The notes beneath the pieces were generated by a model. The model ran no database searches. It was not told the origin of the DNA and saw only the letters and a program-made list of their open reading frames with translations. This document shows positions 42,501-55,552 of a DNA stretch of 64,000 nucleotides, piece by piece. This stretch comes from Eledone cirrhosa (taxonomy: Eukaryota), in contig OZ024748.1 in assembly GCA_964016885.1 (NCBI GenBank), positions 41,106,001 through 41,170,000 on the forward strand, written 5' to 3'. The translations under genes and the position numbers were made by a program. The first letter of the stretch is position 1; each line of letters begins with the position of its first letter.

Positions 42501-45320
42501 TGGTGTTGTGTGGTATTGTTGGTGTTGGGTGGTATTGTTGGTGTTGTGTGGTATTGTTGGTGTTGGTTGGTATTGCTGGTGTTGTGTGGTATTGTTGGTG
42601 TTGGTTGGTATTGCTGGTGTTGTGTGGTATTGTTGGTGTTGTGGGGTATTGTTGGTGTTGGGTGGCATTGTTGGTGTTGGGTGGCATTGTTGGTGTTGTG
42701 TGTTATAGTTGGTGTTGTGTGGTGTTGTGTGGTATTGTTGGTGTTGTGTGGTATAGTTGGTGCTGGGTGGTATTGTTGGTGTTGGGTGGTATTGTTGGTG
42801 GTGTGGGGTATTGTTGGTGTTGGGTGGTATTGTTGGTGTTGTGTGGTATAGTTGGTGCTGGGTGGTATTGTTGGTGTTGTGTGGTATTGTTGGTGTTGGT
42901 TGGTATTGCTGGTGTTGGTTGGTATTGTTGGTGTTGGGTGGTATTGTTGGTGTTGTGTGGTATTGTTGGTGTTGTGTGGTATTGTTGGTGTTGGGTGGTA
43001 TTGTTGGTGTTGGGTGGTATTGTTGGTGTTGTGTGGTATTGTTGGTGTTGTGTGGTATTGTTGGTGTTGTGTGGTATAGTTGGTGCTGGGTGGTATTGTT
43101 GGTGTTGTGTGGTATTGTTGGTGTTGTGTGGTATTGTTGGTGTTGGTTGGTATTGCTGGTGTTGGTTGGTATTGTTGGTGTTGTGTGGTATTGTTGGTGT
43201 TGTGTGGTATTGTTGGTGTTGTGTGATATTGTTGGTGTTGGGTGGTATTGTTGGTGTTGTGTGGTATTGTTGGAGTTGTGTGGTATAGTTGGTGTTGTGT
43301 GGTGTTGTGTGGTATTGTTGGTGTTGTGTGGTATAGTTGGTGCTGGGTGGTATTGTTGGTGTTGGGTGGTATTGTTGGTGGTGTGGGGTATTGTTGGTGT
43401 TGGGTGGTATTGTTGGTGTTGGGTGGTATTGTTGGTGTTGTGTCGTATTGTTGGTGTTGTGTGGTGTTGTGTGGTATTGTTGGTGTTGTGTGGTATAGTT
43501 GGTGCTGGGTGGTATTGTTGGTGTTGGGTGGTATTGTTGGTGGTGTGGGGTATTGTTGGTGTTGTGTTGTATTGTTGGTGTTGTGGGGTATTGTTGGTGT
43601 TGTGTGGTATTGTTGGTGTTGGGTGGTATTGTTGGTGTTGGGTGGTATTGTTGGTGTTGGGTGGTATTGTTGGTGTTGTGTCGTATTGTTGGTGTTGTGT
43701 CGTATTGTTGGTGTTGTTGGGTTGTATTGTTGGTGTTGTGTGGTATTGTTGGTGTTGTGGGGTATTGTTGGTGTTGGGTGGTATTGTTGGTGTTGTGGGG
43801 TATTGTTGGTGTTGTGGGGTGTTGTTGGTGTTGTGTGGTATTGTTAGTGTTGGGTGGTATTGTTGGTGTTGTGTCGTATTGTTGGTGTTGTGGGGTATTG
43901 TTGGTGTTGGGTGGTATCGTTGGTGTTGTGTCGTATTGTTGGTGTTGTGGGGTATTGTTGGTGTTGGGTTGTATTGTTGGTGTTGTGTGGTATAGTTGGT
44001 GTTGTGGGGTATTGTTGGTGTTGGGTGGTATTGTTGGTGTTGTGGGGTATTGTTGGTGTTGGGTGGTATTGTTGGTGTTGTGGGGTATTCTTGGTGTTGG
44101 GTGGTTTTTGTTGGTGTTGGGTGGTATCGTTGTGTGGTATTGTTGTGTGGTATTGTTGGTGTTGTGTGGTATTGTTGGTGTTGTGTGGTATTGTTGGTGT
44201 TGTGTGGTATTGTTGGTGTTGTGGGCTATTGTTGGTGTTGTGTGATATTGTTGGTGTTGTGTGGTATTGTTGGTGTTGTGTGGTATTGTTGGTGTTGTGT
44301 GGTATTGTTGGTGTTGTGTGGTATTGTTGGTGTTGTGTGGTATTGTTGATGTTGTGTGGTATAGTTGGTGTTGTGTGGTATAGTTGGTGTTGTGTGGTAT
44401 TGTTGGTGTTCTGTGGTATTGTTGGTGTTCTGTGGTATTGTTGGTGTTGTGTGGTATTGTTGGTGTTGTGGGGGTATTGTTGGTGTTGTGGGGTTTTGTT
44501 GGTGTTGGGTGGTATTGTTGGTGTTGGTTGTTATTGTTGGTGTTGGTTGGTATTGTTGGTGTTGGGTGCTATTTTGGTGTTGTGTCGTATTGGGTGGAAT
44601 TGTTGGTGTTGGTTGGTATTGTTGGTGTTGGATGGTATTGTTGGTGTTGTGTGGTATTTTGGTGTTGTGTCGTATTGTTGGTGTTGGGTGGTATTGTTGG
44701 TGTCGGTTGGTATTGTTGGTGTCGGTTGGTATTGTTGGTGTTGGGTGGTATTGTTGGTGTTGGGTGGTATTGTTGGTGTTGGGTGGTATTGTTGGTGTCG
44801 AGTGGTATTGTTGGTGTTGGGTGGTATTGTTGGTGTCGGGTGGTATTGTTGGTGTTGTGTGGTATTGTTGGTGTTGGGTGGTATTGTTGGTGTTGGGTGG
44901 TATTGTTGGTGTTGGGTGGTACTGTTGGTGTTGGTTGGTATTGTTGGTGTTGGTTGTGTATTGTTGGTGTTGTGTGGTATTGTTGGTGTTGTGTGGTATT
45001 GTTGGTGTTGGGTGGTATTGTTGGTGTTGTGTGGTATTGTTGGTGTTGTGTGGTATTGTTGGTGTTGTATCGTATTTTTGGTGTTGGGTGGTATTGTTGG
45101 TGTTGTGTGGTATTGTTGGTGTTGTGTGGTATTGTTGATGTCGTGTGGTATAGTTGGTGTTGTGTGGTATAGTTGGTGTTGTGTGGTATAATTGGTGTTC
45201 TGTGGTATTGTTGGTGTTGTGTGGTATTGTTGGTGTTGTGTGGTATTGTTGGTGTTGTGTGGTATTGTTGGTGTTGTATCGTATTTTTGGTGTTGGGTGG
45301 TATTGTTGGTGTTGTGTGGT
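39563..45320. repeat. 19-bp GT-rich satellite, ~5.75 kb
   Basis: Unit ggtattg(t/c)tggtgttg(gt/tg/gg)t. Confidence 0.97.
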
Positions 45321-45653
45321 AGTTTAAGTCAATTTTGCTATATGTATAACGTTGTGTCATGTCAACTCAAGTACTGACCCCAGGGAGAGGGGCTGGATGA
45401 AACACTAGTCAGGTCTAGGGCATTAAAGGAAGAGAACACTTATTTAGATTAAATGTGTTTATCACTCACCCTAAAATTGTTTTTGCAGACTTTATATACA
45501 GTGTGTCTGTGTGTGGAGGGAGGGAACCCCATAAGAATTTATGGGCTTAGGGCTTGAAAATAACTTACCACTCTTACTCCTGACACTTTCTGACTTTAAT
45601 CAACACAATATTTTCATATATATATATATATATATATGATCATCATCATCACC

Positions 45654-45714
<61 letters not shown>

Positions 45715-45857
45715 TATATACCAGCACCACCAGCACCACCATTACCACCGCCACCAAGATACAATTGAATTACAATTTCTAGATATTTTGAAAAAGGCAA
45801 AGATATTCATTTTAGTTGGAATCAACAATTGGTGTTGTAGAATATCTACCAACAGAT

Positions 45858-46285
45858 AGGGAGGGGGGAGGGAAGGGGAGGGCGAATGGGAGGGGGGTAA
45901 GGGGGAGTGAGGAGAGGCAGGAGAATGGGAGAGGGAGATAGGAGGAGAGAGAAGGAGGTGGAGAGAGGAGGGAAGAGAGAAGGAAGGAGAAGGAAGGAGA
46001 AGAAAGGAGAGAGAGGAGGGAAGAGAGAAGGAGGGAAGAGAGAAGGAGGGAGAGAGAGGAGGGAAGAGAGAGAGGAGGGGAAGAGAGAAGGAAAGAGAGA
46101 GAGGAGGGGAGAAAAAGGAAAGAAAAGGAAGGAAAAGAGAAAAACAAAAGAGAAAACAGGCAAGAAATGGAAGGAGAGAGATAGTCATAAAGAAAGATAG
46201 ATATATAGATAGAGAGTGTGAAAGAGAGAGTGATAAAGAGAGTGAGAGAGAGAATGATATATATATATATATAGAGAGAGAGAGA
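45858..46285. repeat. Polypurine (GA-rich) low-complexity tract
   Basis: Direct inspection. Confidence 0.9.
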
Positions 46286-46564
46286 TTAGAGAATAATGTG
46301 ACATTTGAGTGAGTTATTGGAATAAATAGGAAACAGAATATAAAGGAAAATATTTGGTATTTGAAAGTTAGGAGGTGGTGGTATGGTGGTGGTGTGGTGT
46401 GGTGGTGATGGTGGTGGTCGTGGTCGTGGTCGTGGTGGTGTTTGTGGTGGTGGTGTTGGTGGTGGTGGTAGTGGTGGTGTTGGTGGTAGTGGTGGTGGTA
46501 GTATATATATAGGTGATAGTACTTGTGATATATATATATATATATATGTATATATTTGTTTTAG

Positions 46565-47622
46565 AGTAGATCTGGAGGTTTGGTTTAATCTGGTAGTAGT
46601 GAGGAGTATAACAGGGAAGTAGATCTGGAGGTAGTGAGGAGTATAACAGGGAAGTAGATCTGGAGGTAGTGAGGAGTATAACAGGGAAGTAGATCTGGTG
46701 GTAGTGAGGAGTATAACAGGGAAGTAGATCTGGAGGTAGTGAGGAGTATGACAGGGAAGTAGATCTGGTAGTAGTGAGGAGTATAACAGGGAAGTAGATC
46801 TGGTGGTAGTGAGGAGTATAACAGGGAAGTAGATCTGGTGGTTTGATTTGGTGGTAGTGAGGAGTATAACAGGGAAGTAGATCTGGAGGTTTGATCTGGT
46901 GGTAGTGAGGAGTATAACAGGGAAGTAGATCTGGAGGTTTGGTTTAATCTGGTAGTAGTGAGGAGTATAACAGGGAAGTAGATCTGGAGGTTTGATTTGG
47001 TGGTAGTGAGGAGTATAACAGGGAAGTAGATCTGGAGGTTTGATCTGGTGGTAGTGAGGAGTATAACAGGGAAGTAGATCTGGAGGTTTGATCTGGTGGT
47101 AGTGAGGAGTATAACAGGGAAGTAGATCTGGAGGTTTGATCTGGTGGTAGTGAGGAGTATAACAGGGAAGTAGATCTGGAGGTTTGATCTGGTGGTAGTG
47201 AGGAGTATAACAGGGAAGTAGATCTGGAGGTTTGATCTGGTGGTAGTGAGGAGTATAACAGGGAAGTAGATCTGGAGGTTTGATCTGGTGGTAGTGAGGA
47301 GTATAACAGGGAAGTAGATCTGGAGGTTTGATCTGGTGGTAGTGAGGAGTATAACAGGGAAGTAGATCTGGAGGTTTGATCTGGTGGTAGTGAGGAGTAT
47401 AACAGGGAAGTAGATCTGGTGGTAGTGGTAGTGATATCACAGTGACAGTGTTTGGAAGAAGATAATAGATGTTTAGAGGTAAATCTGGAGGTAGTGAGGA
47501 GTATAACAGGCAAGTACATCTGGAGGTTTGATCTGGAGGTAGTGAGGAGTATAACAGGCAAGTACATCTGGAGGTTTGATCTGGAGGTAGTGAGGAGAAT
47601 AACAGGCAAGTACATCTGGAGG
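46565..47622. repeat. 48/35-bp minisatellite
   Basis: Unit gtagtgaggagtataacagggaagtagatctggag(gtttgatctggtg). Confidence 0.95.
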
Positions 47623-47799
47623 TATGATGTAGTGTTGCAGAGAAGAAAAAAGATATTTGAAGGTAGATCTAGAAAGGTTTAAGAAGCAGAGTGCAACTGG
47701 TTGTTGAAACCCACCAGCAACAGATTGTTATAGAAAGAGAATTAAGATCCTCATCAACTGGACTTGCTTGATTATCATTATTATTGTTATTATTATTAT

Positions 47800-48165
47800 T
47801 GGCTTGGCAGTAATCAGTAGAGTGTCAGACACCCTGCTTTGTGGCACGGAGTTACAGCCTTTTACGTTCTGAGTTCAAATCCCGTCGAGGTTAGCTTTAC
47901 CTTTCATCATTACGGGGGTCGATAATCAACAGGGGTCAATTTAACCAACTTTCCTCTCCTTTTAAAAAAATTGCTGGCCTTGTGCCAAAAGTAGAATTCC
48001 TTATAATTCACCAGTAATGTACTGGGGTCGATTTAATCCCCTCTCTCCAAAATTGCTGGCCTTGCGCCTATAGTAGAACCTTTCATCCTTACAGGCTCAA
48101 TAAAATAAAGCACCAGTAATTCACTGGGGTAATTGCTGGCCTTGTGCCTCTAGTAGAAATCATTA
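47800..48165 (+). mobile_element. tRNA-derived SINE with triplicated 3' segment
   Basis: B box gagttcaaatccc and cctttcatc..ggggtcgataa. The segment ttgctggccttg.gcc...agtagaa occurs three times. Same family as 59791-59974. Confidence 0.85.
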
Positions 48166-48453
48166 TTGTTATTGTAATGGTGAATGGCTGTATAGGTAGA
48201 GTGGCTAACAAAAGGCTTTGTGGTAGTTATGACCCTTTTTTATAGCTATTTTTTCCATATAAAACAAGTAACATTCAAAGACCAATCAGATGTGAGAAAA
48301 GCCACAGACCCTCCATCTCAACTCTACTTTTGAAAAGCAGAAGAACTGCGAAACTGGTGAAGGAACCAAATAAATATATATATATAGTGTATGTGTATAT
48401 ATATATATACACTAAATATATATACAGTATATATACAGTATATATAAGTATAT

Positions 48454-48633
48454 CATCATTGAACATCATTTCCTTTTAACGTCAATTTTTCCAAACTTGC
48501 ATGGGTTGGACGGGTGGTCCACGCCATGAGGCGAGTCTGGGCATGGCTCGCACCTTGCTACAGCGAGGACTGTAAATGGGTATCTTATAGCTGGATACCC
48601 TTCCTAACACCAACCACGTTTACAGTATATATT

Positions 48634-48666
<33 letters not shown>

Positions 48667-48920
48667 CATCATCATCATTTAACGTCCATCTTCCACGCTT
48701 GCATGGGTTTGGATGGGAGTTTTCCCACTTGAGGCAAGATTGGTTGTCCTGCTCGTATAGGACTGTCTAGCAGGTTTTCTACGGCTGGATGCTCTTCCTA
48801 ACACCAACCACATTTACAGTGTGGACTGGGAGGTTTTTACCGTGTTACCTACACGGCCACATTACAGCGTGGACTGTGTGTTATTTTGTCGTGACACCTA
48901 CACGACCTCATTTGTTTCAT
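48454..48920 (-). mobile_element. Two RTE 3'-UTR/tail fragments
   Basis: Match 11556-11935, including the (CAT)n tail and ggatgcccttcctaacaccaacc. Confidence 0.85.
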
Positions 48921-49066
48921 GTAAAAGGTAAATAGAGTGTGTATATATGTATATACCTAATTTTTGCTGGACCAGCAATCGCTCTGCATAATCAGCTCCT
49001 GATTATTACTGGAATTCTATAAGAATACAGCTTCTATAATTTTCGGCGGAAGCAGGGGAGTACGTG

Positions 49067-49106
49067 GCTCAGATGAATGCCAACCAGTGTGAAACAGACT
49101 GTCAGC
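49067..49106 (+). ncRNA. Hammerhead-like motif with CAGATGA core variant (family 7)
   Basis: GCT CAGATGA atgc caacca gtgt GAAA CAG a CTG TC AGC, enclosed by the extended stem ttttcggcggaag..gggag / ctccc..cttttgccgaaaa. Confidence 0.55.
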
Positions 49107-49349
49107 TTCTCTCCCTTCTTTTGCCGAAAAAAAGTGACAGTCACTACTTTAAAACTGATAGTGTATGGTCTTCTAAATGTTTTTAATTAAACATATGGTA
49201 TATTTCCAAATATACCATACATACATTCATGTATACATATACTATATATATATTTTTAATAAACTGAAACAGCCAGCATTCAACATATTCAGAAACTAAA
49301 ATGACTAATGCCTCTAAATGTAAACAAAATATATTTGTACACTTCTAAA

Positions 49350-49422
<73 letters not shown>

Positions 49423-49764
49423 TTACAATTTGTTCTACTCTGATATCCAATATATAAAAATCTGAAGACTTGTTTATTTAAAACACAAAAAGGCAAAATA
49501 TAATTTAAATTTAAACAAAAAGAGGAGATCTAAACAAACCAACTGGGCACTAACTAGAAAACAAGCTATGGCCTGACAACTCTAATAATTGTTATTGACA
49601 ATGGAAGAATTTGTTATGTTGGTATTTTAGTCACACCCTTTCATGTAGTTGAAAGTTCAAATCCCAGGAGAAATTAAGAAAATACTGATATGTTAGACCA
49701 CTCCCTTGTAAATTTCTGACTTTCTGCCAAATTAAGAAGTGATAACAACAACAACAACAACAAC

Positions 49765-50180
49765 AATAATGATTTCTACTATAGACATAAGGCCAGCAAT
49801 TTGGGGAAGAGGAAAGTTGATTAAATCTACCCCAGTGCATTACTGGTACTTAATTTTATCGACCGCGTATGAATGAAAGGCAAAGCTAACCTCGGCAAGA
49901 TTTGAAGTCAGGGCGTAAAGGGCCATGACTCTATGCCGCTAAACATGTCCGACACTCTATTGATTACTGCCAATCTACCTAACAATAATACTAATAATAA
50001 TAATTGTTTCTACTTTTGGCACAAGGCCAGCAATTATCCCCAGTGCATTACTGGTGGTTTATTTTATCGACCCTGTAGGGATGAAAGCAAAGTTAACCTC
50101 GGTGGGATTTGAACTCAGATCGTAAAGGGCCGAAACTCTACGCTGCGACCCTACACTGATACTGCCATTCCACTTCCCAA
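49765..50180 (-). mobile_element. Two tandem tRNA-derived SINEs
   Basis: Reverse complements of the 59791-59974 family (ttctact...acaaggccagcaat...gatttgaactcag). Confidence 0.85.
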
Positions 50181-50442
50181 TAACAACAATAATTAGCCAA
50201 ATCCAGTTAATTTATGCAAACATCATCAAGCAGAAGCTAAAAAAAAAGTTTTTAATGAAAATATACAAAAAAAAAAAGAAAAAATGTGAATAAAATTTTC
50301 TTTTTGTGTTAAAAAAATATAAAAATAATAAAAAAAAAACAACCCGTGATGAAAATATCCTTTTTTTTTTTTGCTGTTTTTAGTGGCATTTTAGTGGCGT
50401 GCGACACACTTGAGGGGTATCTGTTAGAAAATAACAACCTAC

Positions 50443-50469
50443 CCAAGAAGGAACTCGTAATTCATTCGG
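50443..50469 (-). CDS. Candidate 27-bp micro-exon
   Basis: Long polypyrimidine tract ending ttcaAG and donor GTAGGT. The frame RMNYEFLL ends in phase 2, compatible with exon 16675-16820. Confidence 0.25.
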
Positions 50470-50674
50470 CTTGAAATAGAAAAAGGTTAAGAAAAAAAAA
50501 GAAAAGGAAAGAAAAAAGAAGAGAAACACTACACATTAGAAGGAATAAAACTGAAGGAACATGGGGTAGGTATACACATGTGTGTGTGTGTATGTATGTT
50601 TGTGTGTATATATATATGTATGTGTATGTATATCTGTGTATGTATGTGTGTGTATATATATGTGTGTGTGTATA

Positions 50675-50727
<53 letters not shown>

Positions 50728-50856
50728 ATGTGTATGAATATATATATATATGTTTGTGTGTGTATATATGTATGTGTATGAATATATATATATATGTTTA
50801 TGTGTGCATATATGTGTTTGTATGTCTGCATATATATATATATATATATATAACAA

Positions 50857-51395
50857 TTATCTGAAAACCTGTGTTGAAACCGATATTGTTGTACTTTGGG
50901 AGGGTCATGTGCCAATAAGAAACACACACATCAGTTGCTTTTACTCCAATTTATTATAAATTAAATTATAAATTTAAAAATTTATAAATTCCCGGTTGGT
51001 TGGTTGGTTCCACAACCGGACGGTTGTTCATATATTGTCAAAGTTCTTTCGTCACACATTCTGTGACCTCTTCAGTGACTGGGGATTTTTTTCTTTGTGT
51101 TGTGCCTCCCCTTTGTTCTGTCCTATGCCATCTTGTTTTTCGGTGTGTTGTCAACACCATCTTGTTTTTCGGTGTGTTGTCAACACACAGAAAAAAAAGA
51201 TGGCGTAGGACAGAACAAAGGGGCGGCACAAAACAAAGAAAAGAATCCCCAGTCACTGAAGAGGTCACAGAATGTGTGACGAAAGAACTTTGACAATATA
51301 TGAACAACCGTCCGGTTGTGGAACCAACCAATTTATAAATTCTTAAATTTATAAATTTAATTTATAATAAATTGGAGTAAAAGCAACTGGTGCGT
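50857..51395. mobile_element. ORF-less fold-back of two family-1 pLTRs; hammerheads at 51037-51079 (-) and 51252-51294 (+)
   Basis: Same sequence as the 1411-1680/2271-2570 arms, joined directly with a 29-bp duplication at the centre. Confidence 0.9.
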
Positions 51396-51757
51396 AGATT
51401 CAAATATTTTGTTCCAACATTGAATATGTTTTCAGAATATTGTTAATTTAGCAAAGTTATAGAGTTTATCGTACATATTATATTATAATATGTGTGTGTG
51501 GGTGTGCGTATGTATGAGTGTGTTTGTGTGAGTGTGCATACGTGTGTGTGTGTGTGCATATGTGTGTGTATGTGTGTGTATATGTGCATGTGTGTGTGTA
51601 TGTGCGTGTGTTAAAAATTACAAAACAACATTAGATGGGTCGTTGCATGCATGGACATTAGTATCAAAATCACTTCAACTTTCTTCATGCCATTTACAGA
51701 TACAATAAAGAGATTCTGATAATTGTCTCAATTGCCTTTTCAGAAGATAAATGACTG

Positions 51758-52693
51758 TAGAAGGGCGAGAGAGGGTGATGTAGCGGATGAGAAGGACAAA
51801 ACTAAGGGGTGACATCTTTATCTCTGAGAAGACAAAGGTGTATATAACATTGGTGTTTAGAAGGGCGAGAGAGGGTGATGTAGCGGATGAGAAGGACAAA
51901 ACTAAGGGGTGACATCTTTATCTCTGAGAAGACAAAGGTGTATATAACATTGGTGTTTAGAAGGGCGAGAGAGGGTGATGTAGCGGATGAGAAGGACAAA
52001 ACTAAGGGGTGACATCTTTATCTCTGAGAAGACAAACGTGTATATAACATTGGTGTTTAGAAGGGCGAGAGAGGGTGGTGTAGTGGATGAGAAGGACAAA
52101 ACTAAGGGGTGACATCTTTATCTCTGAGAAGACAAACGTGTATATAACATTGGTGTTTAGAAGGGCGAGAGAGGGTGGTGTAGCGGATGAGAAGGACAAA
52201 ACTAAGGGGTGACATCTTTATCTCTGAGAAGACAAAGGTGTATATAACATTGGTGTTTAGAAGGGCGAGAGAGGGTGGTGTAGCGGATGAGAAGGACAAA
52301 ACTAAGGGGTGACATCTTTATCTCTGAGAAGACAAAGGTGTATATAACATTGGTGTTTAGAAGGGCGAGAGAGGGTGGTGTAGCGGATGAGAAGGACAAA
52401 ACTAAGGGGTGACATCTTTATCTCTGAGAAGACAAAGGTGTATATAACATTGGTGTTTAGAAGGGCGAGAGAGGGTGGTGTAGCGGATGAGAAGGACAAA
52501 ACTAAGGGGTGACATCTTTATCTCTGAGAAGACAAAGGTGTATATAACATTGGTGTTTAGAAGGGCGAGAGAGGGTGGTGTAGCAGATGAGAAGGACAAA
52601 ACTAAGGGGTGACATCTTTATCTCTGAGAAGACAAAGGTGTATATAACATTGGTGTTTAGAAGGGCGAGAGATGGTGGTGTAGCGGATGAGAA
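51758..52693. repeat. 100-bp tandem repeat, ~9.3 near-identical copies
   Basis: Exact 100-bp period, also visible in the ORF track. Confidence 0.97.
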
Positions 52694-52892
52694 GCATAAA
52701 AAACTAAATAGTTTTAACATCCTTGTTTCTCAGAATATAACTGAATTAATTATTCAAAAGGATTAACTTTAAGATGGTATTTGTAACATGTAGCAAATTA
52801 ACAAAAATAATGCTGGGAGATTTAATATTTAAATTGGAACCCTTTAAAATTGTTGGTTTAGGTGAGTTGATATCAAAAGGGTTCTTTAAAAA

Positions 52893-53195
52893 TGGCCCTC
52901 ATGTTGGTGTCACGACAAAAAGCACCCAGTACACCCAGTAATGTGGTCATATAGGTGTCACAACAAAAAGTACCCAGTCCACCTTGTAAAGTGGTCATGC
53001 TGGTGTCATGAGTAAAAGCACCCAGTCCACACTGTAATGAGGTTGGCGTGAGGATGGGTATCCAGCTGTAGAAACCAAGCCCAAACTAGTTTGGTATGAG
53101 CAAGACACGGTCATGAGATCTGACTTGTCTCACAACAGGACAACTCGTCTAACCCATGCTAGTATAGAAAATGGAAGTTAAATATTGATGATAAT
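52893..53195 (+). mobile_element. RTE-tail SINE-like fragment with ~45-bp subrepeats
   Basis: Three copies of ggtgtcac..aaaagcacccagt, then ggttggcgtgaggatgggtatccagctgtagaaacc...acccatgctag..gaagttaaa. Confidence 0.75.
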
Positions 53196-53219
53196 GGTAT
53201 ATATCGATATAAATAAATG

Positions 53220-53263
<44 letters not shown>

Positions 53264-53283
53264 AATTTTAAAGAAAGATGTGA

Positions 53284-53333
<50 letters not shown>

Positions 53334-53337
<4 letters not shown>

Positions 53338-54983
53338 GAGAAGTACCTAGCTAAAAGTAAACCCCTATACTTAGCTTTTGTTGACTTGGAGAAAGCCTTC
53401 GACAGAGTCCCCCGTTCCATTATCTGGTGGGCTCTTAGAAAACTAGGTGTTGATGAATGGCTTGTGAGAGCTATACAAGCCATGTATAAAGAAACAGTCA
53501 GCAAGGTTAGAATTAACAACGAATATAGTGAAGAGTTTAGCATGAAAGTTGGTGTTCATCAGGGCTCCGTTCTTAGTCCCCTACTATTTATTATTGCCCT
53601 TCAGGCTATAACAGTGGAGTTCAAGACCGGCTGCCCGTGGGAACTCCTATACGCAGATGATCTAACGCTCATAGCTGAATCAATGGCCGAACTAGAGAAG
53701 AAATTCCAAACAAGGAAGCATGGCCTAGAATCAAAAGGCCTTAACATTAACCTGTCTAAGACTAAAGTTCTAGTTTGTAGGAAGGAAAATAGGGCGCCGG
53801 TCACATCCGGGAAATGGCCATGCTCAGTGTGTAGGAAAGGCGTAGGTAGAAACTCCATTTTATGTCCCAAATGCAAAGTATGGGTGCATAAAAGATGTAG
53901 TGGGATCACAGGTAAGCTAACTAAGAACATAGATTTTACATGTGGCCGGTGCTCTAGTGCAATAAGTAGCAGCAAGTGCCGACTGAATACTAGCTCATTC
54001 CATTGCACAGATGGTTCTATAGAAATAGTGGACAGCTTCCGTTACCTGGGTGACAAAATCAGCAGTGGGGGAGGGTGCTCTGAAAGTACAGTAGCTAGAG
54101 TCAGAACTGGTTGGAAAAAGTTCAGAGAGCTTATACCACTATTAGCCGCTAAAGGGTTCTCCTTAAAAAGGAAAGGCAGGCTGTATGATGCCTGCATACG
54201 AACAGCAATGTTGCATGGCAGTGAGACCTGGGCATTGTGTGCAGAGGATATACGCAGACTGGAGAGGAACGAAGCTTGCATGCTCCGCTGGATGTGTAAT
54301 AGTAATATACGTGAACGGCAAAGCATAAACGAACTAAGGGAAAAATTAGAAATAAGAGGGATCAGATGTTGTTTACTCGAGAGAAGGCTATGTTGGTATG
54401 GTCACGTGATGCGCATGAAAGACGACAGCTGTATAAAAAAGTGCAGGGCAATAAAATTAGACGGTAGCCACGGAGTAGGCAGACCCAGAAAAACCTGGGA
54501 CGACTTGATAAATTCCGACCTCACACACTTACACCTCTCCATGACAATGTCACTGGACCGAGAGCTTTGGCGCTACACAGTAATAGAGAAGACCTGCCTT
54601 ACCTAAGTACAAAGTGAAACCTACTACAGTGAGTAGGCACCTCTAACAAAATACACCCCCGTCCCATCCACACCACCCCTTTCAATGTAAAGTTATGTTG
54701 GTACCACAACATCCAGCCCGAAACAAATGAGGTCATGTAGGTGTCATGACAAAAAAACACACAGTCCACGCTGTAATGTGGCCGTGTAGGTAACACGGTA
54801 AAAACCTCCCAGTTCCACACTGTAAATGTGGTTGGTGTTAGGAAGGGCATCCAGCCGTAGAAAACCCGCCAGACAGTCCTATGCGAGCAAGACAACCACT
54901 CTTGCCTCAAGTGGGAAAACTCCCGTCCAAACCCATGCAAGCGTGGAATATGGACGTTAAACGATGATGATGATGATGATGAT
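53334..54983 (+). mobile_element. 5'-truncated RTE LINE family B with open RT-PHD-thumb ORF and long TSD
   Basis: ORF open to 54606, followed by 3' UTR and (GAT)n tail. atagtcaattttaaagaaagatgtgagt is duplicated at 53258-53285/54984-55011. Confidence 0.95.
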
Positions 54984-55010
54984 ATAGTCAATTTTAAAGA
55001 AAGATGTGAG

Positions 55011-55041
<31 letters not shown>

Positions 55042-55448
55042 ATAATAATAAATTTGAAGACTAAAATCCAAAGAGGGCTCGATAAGGATTAAGAATCCTT
55101 AACGGGATCTTCTGAAACTATACCATTTACGTGGTTTTGTCTTTGCGTGCAATTGTTCTCCACGCTCCACATATGACGTATTATCTTCTTTTTTTCGTTC
55201 ATTGCCAGAAAACGTTCCTATGAACCACCTAAGAGAACATTAGTCTATGACTTCTTTTATACCATAAACGTGGTTCTGTCTTTGCTCGTAATTATTTTTC
55301 AACGCTCCAAATAATGACGTATTATATTCGTTTTTTCCCGTTCTTTGCCAGGGAACGTTTCCACGAACCTAAGTATCGTCTTCCTGTCTTCCTCCGGTTG
55401 CAACGTTTTTTGAAATATCCACTTCTGCGTTTACAGATTGACTTTGAT

Positions 55449-55499
55449 AGTTTCAGAAGATCCCGTTAAGGGTGAAAGCAGCGATTCTTTGCTTAAACT
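55449..55499 (+). ncRNA. Hammerhead-like motif with CAGAAGA core variant (family 8) in pLTR-like unit 55040-55520
   Basis: AGTTT CAGAAGA tccc gttaa gggt GAAA GCAG cgattct TTGC TT AAACT, then AATAAA. Inverted partial copy at 55097-55121 and a deleted copy at 57365-57447. Confidence 0.6.
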
Positions 55500-55515
55500 T
55501 TAATCTGTTATTTTA

Positions 55516-55549
<34 letters not shown>

Positions 55550-55552
<3 letters not shown>

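Noticed and set aside
39395-45377. Mucin-like and WYCWC ORFs
   Set aside because: A 19-bp satellite whose unit is not a multiple of 3 and which is open in all frames.
45376-45420. GAAA CACTAG TC motif
   Set aside because: No CUGANGA or stem I partner upstream.
51780-51810. CGGATGA...GAC AAAA C hammerhead look-alike in the 100-bp repeat
   Set aside because: Two core mismatches and no stem II or stem I pairing.
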